DNA of 64,000 nucleotides from Candidatus Avispirillum faecium (GCA_904396155.1 CAJFOI010000022.1:12607-76606); one strand, 5' to 3'. Shown: positions 1 to 9,182, numbered from the stretch's first letter. Numbers and translations are program-made. The notes: generated by a model not told the origin, from the letters alone.

Positions 1-513
1 AATGCAGACCATATGTCGCCGGGCTGGAGTCTACAGGTTAATCAGGCAATAACAAATTGGGGTAGCTATTCTAACGGGAAAGTACGAATGTCATGGACGC
101 CTCTTGGAAGTGCAAATTGTGTTTTAAGTACATACAATGGTGCTTGGCCTTATCCTGATTGTTTTGCATTTACAATGTTATATAATAAAAACGGAAAGTA
201 TACAACAGATTACAATATAGCTTTAGATATAGGTCTTGGAAATTATGTGTCATTTAGCAATTTTGGCAGTCGGATAAACTCTGCAACAGTGATTTTTAAC
301 AATGGTTATAGCGACGGCGGCGGTGGGGCAAATGCTGCAATGAATAGGGCAAAAACGATAACACATGAGATCGGTCATTGCCTCAACTTAGGACATACCA
401 GCAGTCAGTCGGTTATGCGGCAGGGCTGGGATTTAGGGTGGTCAAATTATGATCGTCCTCAAGATCATGATCGTGCCGACTTAAATAATTATTATAACAA
501 AATTTATAAGTAA
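1..513 (+). CDS. Metzincin/matrixin-like zinc metallopeptidase (5' end probably outside window)
   Basis: HEIGHCLNLGH zinc motif followed by SVM Met-turn; frame is open from base 1. Confidence 0.8.
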   Translation, partial: NADHMSPGWSLQVNQAITNWGSYSNGKVRMSWTPLGSANCVLSTYNGAWPYPDCFAFTMLYNKNGKYTTDYNIALDIGLGNYVSFSNFGSRINSATVIFNNGYSDGGGGANAAMNRAKTITHEIGHCLNLGHTSSQSVMRQGWDLGWSNYDRPQDHDRADLNNYYNKIYK

Positions 514-524
514 GGAGGATTGTT

Positions 525-1205
525 ATGAAAAAGATCTGGATATCCGGAGGATGTATATTGGCAGTTGCGCTGATTGCCACGGTTGGTTTATTAAATGTAA
601 ATAAAAGCGTTTATAATGAAAACCCAGATTTGTCTCAAAAAATAGTTGCTTCAAAAAGCTTTTTTCCAGATCAAGTTCCAGTAGAAACAGTTGATGATTT
701 GTTGAAATCTACTGAACTAATTATAATCGGAGAGGTTATTAGTGATGGGGAAGAAGAAGCATTTAACATATATGGCTCTGGAGAGGCGGCAGAAGAACTT
801 GCTAATGCTGCTTTGAAAAACGGAAATAATCCTTATATGCCTTCAACCATTTCGAAAGTCCGAGTTTTAGAAACAATCTATGGAGACATGCCGGAGAACA
901 GCGAAATCGAATTTTTTGAACTTGGTTCCCCCAATATTCTGGATTTTCAGACAAAGGTTCAAAAAGGTGAAAAACTTATAATGCTTTTGCGGCCTTCTGA
1001 TACGGAGGGAATGTATTATGCCAGTAACGTAGAGCACAGTATGTTTTATTTGGATGGAGAAGATGAAATTACATCTATGTCAGATGAATTAATTTGTGCC
1101 CGGTACGATGGCTTGTCAAAAGAAATTTTAATACAGGATTTACAGGAGGGAATGGAAGATAAGAAAGAATTAAATTCATTGCAAAGTACGGAAGAATTGC
1201 AATAA
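525..1205 (+). CDS. Membrane-anchored/secreted hypothetical protein
   Basis: AGGAGG RBS; N-terminal basic plus hydrophobic segment; 226 aa directly after the peptidase. Confidence 0.7.
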   Translation: MKKIWISGGCILAVALIATVGLLNVNKSVYNENPDLSQKIVASKSFFPDQVPVETVDDLLKSTELIIIGEVISDGEEEAFNIYGSGEAAEELANAALKNGNNPYMPSTISKVRVLETIYGDMPENSEIEFFELGSPNILDFQTKVQKGEKLIMLLRPSDTEGMYYASNVEHSMFYLDGEDEITSMSDELICARYDGLSKEILIQDLQEGMEDKKELNSLQSTEELQ

Positions 1206-1385
1206 CAATATTTAAAATGCAAAGCATTTATACTTAATTTGCTACAAATTCCTGTTTTTTGTAGCGTGGCATAGAATAAAAGTATCGACAAATCGCTATA
1301 CCTTGATATAATAATTAAGGTATAGCGATATTTTTTGTGACCTTTGGGGGGGCGCAGTTGTTTATATAAATAGAGGGGGGATAGA

Positions 1386-1868
1386 ATGAACTGTATATCA
1401 GAAAGCAATTTTGATGAAAAATATGAGCGGTACAAAAGCCTCATATTTAGAATCGGCATCGTTTATCTGGGGAACCGCTCAGATGCAGAGGATTTGATGC
1501 AGGATGTTTTTGTGAAGCTTTTTTACAAGGCCCCGAAATTTTTCAGTGCGGAGGAGGAAAAAGCCTGGATGATAAAAGTAACGGTCAACTGCTGCAAAAA
1601 TATGTGCAAAAGCTATTGGAAAAGAAAAGTGGAGCTCACTTGTACATTTGACGATATTCCCGACCTCACGAAGGCAGACCAGATGGTGCTGGAGGAACTC
1701 GCAGCCTTGGATCCGGGCTACAGGACAGTGATATATCTGCATTATATGGAAGGCTATAAGATAGTGGAAATTGCAGAAATGTTGAAGCTGAGTCCATCTG
1801 CTGTAAAGATGCGTCTCTCACGTGGGCGGGAGATGTTGAAAACCAGTTTAAGGGAGGAGTTTATATGA
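1386..1868 (+). CDS. ECF RNA polymerase sigma factor
   Basis: DAEDLMQDVFVKL (region 2) and EIAEMLKLSPSAVKMRLSRGR (region 4). Confidence 0.9.
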   Translation: MNCISESNFDEKYERYKSLIFRIGIVYLGNRSDAEDLMQDVFVKLFYKAPKFFSAEEEKAWMIKVTVNCCKNMCKSYWKRKVELTCTFDDIPDLTKADQMVLEELAALDPGYRTVIYLHYMEGYKIVEIAEMLKLSPSAVKMRLSRGREMLKTSLREEFI

Positions 1869-2455
1869 ATCGTTTACAAGAAGTATTAAACAAAATCAGC
1901 CCGGATGATCAAGTGAAGGAGCTTGTTCGAAGACGTGTGATGGATGAGAAGCGGCGCAGGAAGTCCTTTCGTTTTGCAGCTGTGATCGCGTCCTGTGCTG
2001 CCTGTATTTTCCTGATGGTCTGTATACTTCCGATGATACAGAAGAACAAAGGAGTATACTTTGGCGCACCCGCTGCCGGAGTAGGAGATATCAGTGCAGG
2101 TGATTTTGGGGATGCCGTGCAATTTTTAATCTATGACGGACAGTATTATCAAATGGGTGAATCATATCGCACGACGTTTACAAAAGAGGAAGATGTGAAC
2201 ACGTCTATACCATATAGTGAAAATGCAGCGTCATTGATTGGAGAGAAGCTTGGTACCACTGCATTGAATGAATTGGATATCAATCAGGAGGGGTTTTATA
2301 GAGAAGAAGCGACAAACTACGCAGATCTCACGTCAAATGCGCCTGGCATGGAGGTGTATACTGTGAAGGGATACGATGCTGATACTGTGCTTGCGGCAAT
2401 AGATTCCTGGGGGATTATCCGATTTTTTCTTCCCGTACAACAGGAAGAAGCATAA
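1865..2455 (+). CDS. Putative anti-sigma factor, single TM
   Basis: ATGA overlap with the ECF gene; short cytoplasmic N-terminus, one TM, extracytoplasmic domain. Confidence 0.65.
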   Translation: MNRLQEVLNKISPDDQVKELVRRRVMDEKRRRKSFRFAAVIASCAACIFLMVCILPMIQKNKGVYFGAPAAGVGDISAGDFGDAVQFLIYDGQYYQMGESYRTTFTKEEDVNTSIPYSENAASLIGEKLGTTALNELDINQEGFYREEATNYADLTSNAPGMEVYTVKGYDADTVLAAIDSWGIIRFFLPVQQEEA

Positions 2456-2514
2456 TGTATCCGCTATTTGGCCATCTTTGAATTGTAAAATTTGAAAGTG
2501 AAATACAAATGGAA

Positions 2515-2546
2515 GAAGCCCCGCCGCCTGGCGGGGCTTCATTTTA
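2515..2546 (+). terminator. Intrinsic terminator
   Basis: GAAGCCCCGCC-gcct-GGCGGGGCTTC perfect 11-bp stem followed by ATTTT. Confidence 0.7.
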
Positions 2547-2628
2547 TAGGAACGCTTGGGGCAGTCATTCTGAACGGAAAGTATGTTTACTTGCCAGGGT
2601 GAATATGTAAAAAGACAGTATTCCTACA

Positions 2629-3010
2629 ACAATCTCCCAGTTTTTGCATACACAAAAACAATCCGCGGAGTTGCAGGAGGCTCCCCACAAGGGGGGCTTT
2701 AAATGAAAAAGATGTGCTGACAATCCCTCAGGCGGCTTTGCCGCCAGCTCCCTTTGCGGCTCTGCAAGAGACGCCCACATGGGAGCCTAAAAGACAAAAT
2801 AATATTGCCTTGTGTGGGAGATGCTGCGCATCTCCCACACAAGGGAGTCTTTTCAACGTAAGCCTCCCCTGTGCAAGGGGAGGTGGCTTGCCGCAGGCAA
2901 GTCGGAGGGGTTGTTTAGATGAAGCATGAAAAACAATCCCTCTGTCAGCTTCGCTGACACCCCCCTTTACACAAGGGGGACTTTTTTATTTTAACCTCCC
3001 CGGTGTGGGA
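2629..3010. repeat. REP/BIME-like palindromic repeat cluster A
   Basis: Units GCCTCCCCTGTGCAAGGGGAGGTG-hairpin-CGGAGGGGTTGT and ACAATCCC-hairpin-CCCCTTTACACAAGGGGG. Confidence 0.85.
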
Positions 3011-3036
3011 GTTGCTGTGTAATTCCACGGAAATAG

Positions 3037-3065
3037 TTGACAAACGTGGAAACGGAAAGTATACT
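3037..3065 (+). promoter_or_regulatory. Sigma-A-type promoter
   Basis: TTGACA-17 bp-TATACT upstream of the 3147 ORF. Confidence 0.65.
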
Positions 3066-3146
3066 AAAAGTAGGAATAAAATCCTACTAAAAAACGAAGT
3101 CGGGCAGGATGATGTAAAATCATAATTTTAATAGGAGGCATGAGGT

Positions 3147-3773
3147 ATGAGTAAAAGAACACGTGTTTTAATATGGAGTATCCTGGCTTTGCTTTTATTG
3201 AGCGTATGCTTTCTTGTATTTATCATAATCCAGAAAAATTATGCAAGTATAGAAAAATATGATTTTGCATATTTGAATGAGGCGGCAGAAGAAATTTTAC
3301 AGGAGTATGGTCCTGCGCAAAAAATGGATATTACCTCCTGCAATCCCTTTGTGCAAAACGGTCAATTTTTTGTCTTTTTTGAGTATCAGCCTCTGGAAGG
3401 AGATCCCAGTATAAATGAAATGCCCAAGGATGTGATAGAGCGAAGTGTATTTTTCGGCTATGCACAAATTGGGAAAAATTTCAATACATATTATGTAAAA
3501 GAATTTCAGACGGCCCAGTATGATACCCAATTGGATATTGCGGGGGCTTCCAGAGATGGGTCTGTGGATATATATGCTGAAAAGCCGTCCCGCTACTTTG
3601 GAAAAATATTGGATGAAAATGTTAATAAGATAGAGTTCTACGTAAATGATGTTCTGGCAGAAACATATTATGTGGGAGAAAAAGATTATTATTTTATTGA
3701 ACTCCCCCGTAACGCCATTGATACAATCAGTTATAGGTTTTACGATAGCGAAAACCGTTTTTTGTATGATTAA
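3147..3773 (+). CDS. Membrane-anchored hypothetical protein
   Basis: AGGAGG upstream; N-terminal TM; 208 aa. Confidence 0.75.
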   Translation: MSKRTRVLIWSILALLLLSVCFLVFIIIQKNYASIEKYDFAYLNEAAEEILQEYGPAQKMDITSCNPFVQNGQFFVFFEYQPLEGDPSINEMPKDVIERSVFFGYAQIGKNFNTYYVKEFQTAQYDTQLDIAGASRDGSVDIYAEKPSRYFGKILDENVNKIEFYVNDVLAETYYVGEKDYYFIELPRNAIDTISYRFYDSENRFLYD

Positions 3774-3801
3774 ATTTGAAAATACAGCAGCATGATGTGT
3801 T

Positions 3802-4008
3802 ACAATTCCCCAGTTTTTGCATACGCAAAAACATCCCCCTTGTGTAAGGGGGACCTTCTTGATTCATGCCTCCCCTGTGCAAGGGGAGGTGGCTTGCCGC
3901 AGGCAAGTCGGAGGGGTTGTTTAGATGAAGCATGAAAAAACAATCCCCCTGTCAGCTTCGCTGACATCCCCCTTTACACAAGGGGGACTTTTTTATTTAA
4001 GCCTCTCC
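3802..4008. repeat. REP/BIME-like cluster B
   Basis: 3868-4005 is nearly identical to 2862-2998, including the spacer. Confidence 0.85.
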
Positions 4009-4166
4009 AGGAGTTGCTTGCCGCAGTTTTTTCATTTATTTTTTCAAGGCGCCAATAAAAGGGTTCATTCGAAACGTCTTATTATACGAAGGGAGTTATT
4101 AACGCCCTTGCAAAGAAGGTATGAGGATGGTAAAATAAAAAACTTTCTTGAAAGGTAATTGCTAGT

Positions 4167-4676
4167 ATGGACGATTTACAGAAATGGCTTCATGGAATCC
4201 GAGACGGCGATATAACAGCATTTGAAGCCTTATATCATGAAATGAAAATCCCCTTGTTTACCATTATTTTGCGTATTACACGGGAGAGGGACCTTTCTGA
4301 AGACATCCTGCAGGAGCTGTTTTTAAAGCTGTATGTATCGCCGCCTGTGCCCCAGGGGAATTCCCGCGCGTATTTGTGCCGGATGGCACACAATCTGGCG
4401 CTGGACGGCTTGCGAAAAACAAAGCCCCATGACGATTTGGAGCTGGCCGAAAGGACAGTATCTCATCAGGCGGGCGACATGGACCAAAGGATGGATATCG
4501 AAGCGGCAATCAAAGCATTGCCCGCACGGGAGCTGGAAATAGTAACGATGCATGTCAATGGGGATTTGAAATTTCGGGAAATTGCAAATATTATGGAGCT
4601 TCCCATGGGGACGGTGTTATGGGCTTATAGAAAGGCCATCAAACAATTACAACGTATTTTAGGAGGAAAAGAATGA
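4167..4676 (+). CDS. ECF RNA polymerase sigma factor
   Basis: GDITAFEALY, SEDILQELFLKL, FREIANIMELPMGTV motifs. Confidence 0.9.
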   Translation: MDDLQKWLHGIRDGDITAFEALYHEMKIPLFTIILRITRERDLSEDILQELFLKLYVSPPVPQGNSRAYLCRMAHNLALDGLRKTKPHDDLELAERTVSHQAGDMDQRMDIEAAIKALPARELEIVTMHVNGDLKFREIANIMELPMGTVLWAYRKAIKQLQRILGGKE

Positions 4677-5587
4677 AACGTTTTATGAAGCGCATGGGTT
4701 TTCTTATGGTACTTGTCCTGTTGTCAACATTATATATTTTTTCAATTGGAGTGAGCGCCATGGATGTGAATGAGTTTTTGATTGAAAAATACGGGGAAGA
4801 ATTCATGGCAAACCTGAATCAGGCGCACGAAAATGATGAAGCATTGATGGCGCTGTTTCCTAAAAATGAATCAGGAGAGCCTGTATTTCCTGATTTTATC
4901 GGTGGGATTTATTATAACGATGATGGCAACATGGTTGTGCAATTGGTAACAGATGCCCAGACAAGTGATGTTGAACTGAGGACTGCCGTGGACAATTTGA
5001 TAGCAGAACGGAATATCATCGTTGAGTATGTAGAATTTTCACACAATGAAATAACTGCTACCATGGATACGCTGAATGCTATATATTTTTCCGAAGATAG
5101 ACCGGATGCTTTCGACAATGTAGATTCTTTTGGTGAAAGTACTTCAAATAACAGAGTTGAAGTTGAGATGCGTGTTTGCAGTGGGGAGGAAATTACCCGG
5201 TTTAAGGAAACAGTGCTCGATTCGCCGATTCTTTCCTTTGTGGAGTCATCTGGACCGTATGAGACTTATATATCGGCAAATGAGGGCGCATTGGGCATGC
5301 AGAGCGGAGGAATGACAGCAGCCGGGCAGCAGGAGCAGCATCTGAACTGGTACTGGCCTCTGGTTGTTGTTTTATGCATCGGCTTGCTGGCAGGCGCATG
5401 GTTCTTTCTGTTTCGGCGGCAGGCGCGTCCGGCTTTCGCTGGTGTAGATGCGGAAGGTGTAAGCAACGTCCACCAGGGCTCCTCGGTCAGCCAGAGGCAA
5501 ATTGTTGCAGCAATCAGGAGCAGCGATTGTGTTCCCAGAGAAGACCTGCTGAAGGATATCCTTGAAAAAATAAAGAAGCAGCATTGA
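4673..5587 (+). CDS. Membrane protein (signal peptide, extracellular domain, C-terminal TM and tail); putative anti-sigma partner
   Basis: ATGA overlap with the ECF gene; N-terminal signal-like segment; WYWPLVVVLCIGLLAGAWFFLFRR TM. Confidence 0.65.
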   Translation: MKRFMKRMGFLMVLVLLSTLYIFSIGVSAMDVNEFLIEKYGEEFMANLNQAHENDEALMALFPKNESGEPVFPDFIGGIYYNDDGNMVVQLVTDAQTSDVELRTAVDNLIAERNIIVEYVEFSHNEITATMDTLNAIYFSEDRPDAFDNVDSFGESTSNNRVEVEMRVCSGEEITRFKETVLDSPILSFVESSGPYETYISANEGALGMQSGGMTAAGQQEQHLNWYWPLVVVLCIGLLAGAWFFLFRRQARPAFAGVDAEGVSNVHQGSSVSQRQIVAAIRSSDCVPREDLLKDILEKIKKQH

Positions 5588-5631
5588 TATGCTTTGTTCG
5601 AGGTTTCATTTTGCATGAATAATGCATTCGG

Positions 5632-5667
5632 AAACAGCCGCTTATCCTTTGGTAAGCGGCTGTTTTT
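5632..5667 (+). terminator. Intrinsic terminator
   Basis: AAACAGCCGCTTA...TAAGCGGCTGTTTTT. Confidence 0.65.
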
Positions 5668-5679
5668 ATACAAACCAAA

Positions 5680-5887
5680 GCCTCCCCTGGGAGGGGGCTG
5701 CGCAGCAGACCCGGGGGTGGTGGCTCGCTGTAAGCGAGACGGAGGGGTTGTATAGGAAACAATCCCTCAGTCAACTTCGTTGACAGCTCCCTTTACACAA
5801 GGGAGCCTTTTTATTGTAAGCCTCCCCTGTGGTGCAGCTCCGCGGGAGATACTGGGGTGGTGGCGGCTCTGCCGCCGGAGGGGTTGT
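5680..5887. repeat. REP/BIME-like cluster C
   Basis: Three units, two with an extra hairpin inserted in the first stem. Confidence 0.85.
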
Positions 5888-6049
5888 TGTAACGGTCAAT
5901 CCTCCTGTCTTCTTATCCCTTTTTGCTCATATTGTATACACCAGCACAGAAGGATTGGGTGCAGTCGTTTTCATCTATTCAATGGATAGAGGCGTTAAAA
6001 TTACAATAGAAAAGATAGAAGAGGGTGGGTCGTGCAACACGTATCATTT

Positions 6050-6154
6050 CGAAAAAATGTTAAACGCGGCGGAACAATTCGCCGGTGTACAGACAGGAGA
6101 TGGAAAGCCCGCTGTACTGTTGGCACAGATCCCGGGACAGGGAAGGAAATTCAA
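6050..6154 (+). pseudogene. Remnant of an integrase N-terminus from an older element
   Basis: KNVKRGGTIRRCTDRRWKARCTVGTDPGTGKEIQ matches the integrase at 44157 at 24 of 34 residues. Confidence 0.8.
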
Positions 6155-6156
6155 CA

Positions 6157-6232
6157 TTTTTGCATAAGAAAAAGTCCTGTAAACTCAGTGTTTACAGAAC
6201 TTTTTTCTGGCAGGGGCACAAAGACTCGAACT
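6157..6232. repeat. Left attachment site; 76-bp direct repeat including the tRNA-Trp 3' 25 nt (6208-6232)
   Basis: Identical to 45416-45491 except for one mismatch. Confidence 0.92.
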
Positions 6233-6342
6233 ATATAAGGCGGTTTTTATGCTTCCGTATAATTTTCGAAAATTCCTTAAAATATAAGGGTTTCGGGATT
6301 TTATCGAGATAAACTGTCCTATGTTTTTTACCTTTTATGAAG

Positions 6343-6371
6343 CTGTAAAGGGTAAAATAAAGGGTCAAAAT
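6343..6371. repeat. Putative integrase arm-type site (left)
   Basis: CTGTAAAGGGTAAAATAAAGGGTCAAAAT, identical to 45384-45412; tandem AAAGGGT(A/C)AAA. Confidence 0.7.
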
Positions 6372-6820
6372 AGGTCGTCTTGGATATCTACTGTGTTTTG
6401 TAGACAGTTAAAATTATATTTACTATATTTAGACAAAAGGGTGTATAGATCATAAGCATTTATACGCCCTTTTGCTTTTTTGCAAGTCAATCGTTTATAT
6501 AGACATATATAGACGATTGATTTTTTATACTGTAAGAAAGGAATCAAAACGATACTTAGAACAACGAGCACGCTTTTTAACTGAAACAGATTACAAAAGG
6601 AATTTCCCAAATACTTAAAATGGTTCTTCCTTCATGCAATAGTTCTATTCCAAATGTTAAACAGGATTTGTTTGTGTTTATATAGTATTTTTTTAGAAAC
6701 TATAATAATGTTAGGGAGATAACAATACGTTCGTAGTAATTATCCCCTAATTGTCAGATGCTTATATTACCATAATGGGAAATAGTATGTACTAAAATGA
6801 GAAAAAGAAAGGAATACGCT

Positions 6821-7660
6821 ATGGAAAAAAGAATTACCGCCGAGTTGATAGAAGCTTATTCAAAACATCTGATTTTAGAAGAAAAGAGCAAACTTACTAT
6901 AGAAAAATACTTGCGTGATATCATGACTTTCAAAATATTCATCAAAGAAGAGGTTACTAAAGAAAATGTTATTGCGTATAAACACAAACTTATAGAAGAC
7001 AATTACGCTTTGAGAAGCGTTAATTCTATGCTGGCATCAATAAACAGTTTGTTTGATTTTGCAGGATGGAATGAGTGTAAGGTAAAGTCAATAAAAATAC
7101 AGCAGGAGATATTCTGCGCTGAAGAAAAAGAAATCAGCAAAATGGAGTATGAACGGTTGACGGCGGCTGCAAGAAAAAAGCACAATGAACGGTTAGCGCT
7201 GCTGATACAAACGATTTGCGGCACGGGGATCCGTGTGAGCGAGCTTAAATATATAACAATAGAAGCTATTAAAAACGGGTTGGCCCAGGTGAATTGTAAA
7301 GGAAAAAATCGCAGAATTTTTATTGTAAAAGAACTTAGGAAAAAACTTTTATCATATGCTAAAGCTAAAGGTATTATTGCCGGTCCAGTCTTTGTAACAA
7401 GAAAGGGCAAGCCGATGGACCGAACAAATATCTGGAGAGAAATGAAGCAACTATGTAAAGAGGCAAATGTTTCTTCTAAAAAAGTATTTCCTCATAATCT
7501 CCGGCATTTGTTTGCAAGAACATTTTATAAAATAGAAAAGGATATCGCAAAGCTTGCGGATATCCTTGGACACAGCAGTATAAACACAACAAGAATTTAT
7601 ATTGTATCAACAGGTTTTGAACACCAAAAGAGAATGGAAAGTATGAAGTTAATTTTATAA
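6821..7660 (+). CDS. Xer-like tyrosine recombinase (probable invertase)
   Basis: GIRVSEL, HNLRH, LGHSS, TRIY catalytic motifs; AAAGGA RBS before ATG 6821 (alternative start 6797). Confidence 0.9.
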   Translation: MEKRITAELIEAYSKHLILEEKSKLTIEKYLRDIMTFKIFIKEEVTKENVIAYKHKLIEDNYALRSVNSMLASINSLFDFAGWNECKVKSIKIQQEIFCAEEKEISKMEYERLTAAARKKHNERLALLIQTICGTGIRVSELKYITIEAIKNGLAQVNCKGKNRRIFIVKELRKKLLSYAKAKGIIAGPVFVTRKGKPMDRTNIWREMKQLCKEANVSSKKVFPHNLRHLFARTFYKIEKDIAKLADILGHSSINTTRIYIVSTGFEHQKRMESMKLIL

Positions 7661-7672
7661 AAAGACAAATAC

Positions 7673-7937
7673 ACAACATAATATGCATTATGCTGTAAAA
7701 ATAATATTTGATTAATTATTTTCAGTTGATTATACCATAATAGCGATTTCTTTTCAACATAAATTTCCTATATCTATTTTAACCTTATAAGAATAATAAG
7801 AAAAAATGGCATAACAAAAACAACTCACAGCCAGCGATCAAAAAATTTTGAGATATCTCGTCTCTTTTTTATAGCAAAGTTCGTTCGGTGAGCATTCTTA
7901 TTATATTATTTTTACAGCATAATGCATATTATGTTGT
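7673..7937. promoter_or_regulatory. Invertible segment: 35-bp perfect inverted repeats (7673-7707, 7903-7937) enclosing a minus-strand promoter (7729-7757)
   Basis: ACAACATAATATGCATTATGCTGTAAAAATAATAT and its exact reverse complement; TTGAAA-17-TATAAT with an extended -10 TG. Confidence 0.8.
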
Positions 7938-7956
7938 TTTCATGTGGGAGGGAAAT

Positions 7957-8259
7957 TTGGAAAACGAATTATGTAATGTTGATTACAGAAAACATTTAGA
8001 AGAAAATCTGTCTTTAAAAGAGATTACAGCCATAAAGCAAGCTGGAAAATCAGATTTGGAAGATGGTAACTATATTCAGAATGTAAGAAGTTGGTATTCT
8101 CAATTGAAAAGTTACATTGAAAATCATCCCCCGATAAAATATGTTAAAGAGTTGAGGGTATATGAAAATGACAGCAGAATAATTGATAGTGTCGAGTATC
8201 ATTATTATCAAGAAAATGAAGTTATAGATGAAGTTACACTTTGTATTATTAGATTATAG
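7957..8259 (+). CDS. Hypothetical protein (~100 aa)
   Basis: GGGAGGG before TTG 7957; the longer 7888 start would run through the inverted repeat. Confidence 0.5.
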   Translation: MENELCNVDYRKHLEENLSLKEITAIKQAGKSDLEDGNYIQNVRSWYSQLKSYIENHPPIKYVKELRVYENDSRIIDSVEYHYYQENEVIDEVTLCIIRL

Positions 8260-8290
8260 TGTATAATTCGCTCAACATCAAAACCATCGA

Positions 8291-8392
8291 TTATCACAAA
8301 TAGTGATGTAAACGATGTATAAGCAATGCATTGTCCCTAAAATAAAGAGAATATCCCAAATTCTTTATTTTTCGAAATATTGGTTATATAAT
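8291..8392 (+). promoter_or_regulatory. Putative LytTR (AgrA) boxes and -10 of the agrBD promoter
   Basis: TTATCACAAA 8291, TTGTCCCTAA 8331, ATATCCCAAA 8351; TATAAT 8387. Confidence 0.6.
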
Positions 8393-8439
8393 TTATATAA
8401 ATACAGGCTTTTCGACGTAAAGAATTTTGGAGTAATGTT

Positions 8440-9021
8440 ATGTTACATACTTTGTCTAACCGTATGGCTACCAGACTAGCAAATCATGGCATTATAAACT
8501 CGGAAAGCATAGAAGTTTATGTTTATGGACTGGAGCTTGTATTCTCATTTTTCTTTTCGTCTGTGGTAATACTTTTGATTGGCATTCTTTTGTCAAGAGT
8601 ATGGGAAACAATAGTTTTTCTAACGATATTTGTCTTGCTTAGAAGCTTCACTGGAGGTTATCATGCAAAGACTTTTACAAGATGCGCCATCGTAACATTT
8701 ACTACATATATTTCTGTGATTGTTCTTTCCATATTTGTTCGCTACATCCCTTTGTATGTTTATATTATGGGTGTTGTAATAGGATTTTTGATTATAGCAA
8801 TCGTTGCACCTGTTGAACATCCAAATAAGGAAATTCCACAGAACAAAAAAATAAAACATAAGATTACAAGTATGATAATATATCTTGTGTTTGTAACAGC
8901 GGGTTTGTTCTTCTATTATTATAATGTGGCAATAACGAGTTCGGTATTTTTTTCACTTGTTGCTGATATAGTTTTGTTGTTACCAAAAGAAAATATGAAA
9001 GGAGATTTGGGAAGTGGCTAA
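8440..9021 (+). CDS. agrB: Accessory gene regulator B (AIP-processing membrane protein)
   Basis: YVYGLE, LRSFTGGYHA...C, APVEHPNK motifs; polytopic. Confidence 0.92.
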   Translation: MLHTLSNRMATRLANHGIINSESIEVYVYGLELVFSFFFSSVVILLIGILLSRVWETIVFLTIFVLLRSFTGGYHAKTFTRCAIVTFTTYISVIVLSIFVRYIPLYVYIMGVVIGFLIIAIVAPVEHPNKEIPQNKKIKHKITSMIIYLVFVTAGLFFYYYNVAITSSVFFSLVADIVLLLPKENMKGDLGSG

Positions 9022-9136
9022 TTTATTTGAAAAGCTTCTTGCAAACTTGGCGTTTTTCTCGGCTGCGTCTGCTGCCGGAATGGCTTCCTTTTGGAATGTA
9101 TATCAGCCAAAGGAACCGAAAACCATAAGAAAGTAA
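9014..9136 (+). CDS. agrD: Cyclic lactone autoinducer precursor, 40 aa (absent from ORF track)
   Basis: GTG start overlapping the agrB stop; MANLFEKLLANLAFFSAASAAGMASFWNVYQPKEPKTIRK with YQPxxP tail. Confidence 0.88.
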   Translation: MANLFEKLLANLAFFSAASAAGMASFWNVYQPKEPKTIRK

Positions 9137-9138
9137 AC

Positions 9139-9182
9139 AAAAAAGCTGGGGTGCTCATAAGAGCACTTCAGCTTTTTTTTTT
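9139..9182 (+). terminator. Intrinsic terminator after agrD
   Basis: AAAAGCTGGGGTGCTC-ataa-GAGCACTTCAGCTTTTTTTT. Confidence 0.8.

Noticed and set aside
2565-2929. Short ORFs overlapping repeat clusters (also 5514-5989, 51538-51858, 53642-54198, 61405-61746)
   Set aside because: Translations of palindromic repeats with no convincing RBS or domain.
6711-6750. TTAGGGAGATAA...TTATCCCCTAA palindrome as another AgrA box
   Set aside because: A single box-like match without a partner at 20-bp pitch; insufficient evidence.
7888-7956. Longer N-terminus for the ORF ending at 8259
   Set aside because: It runs through the inverted repeat; a better RBS precedes TTG 7957.
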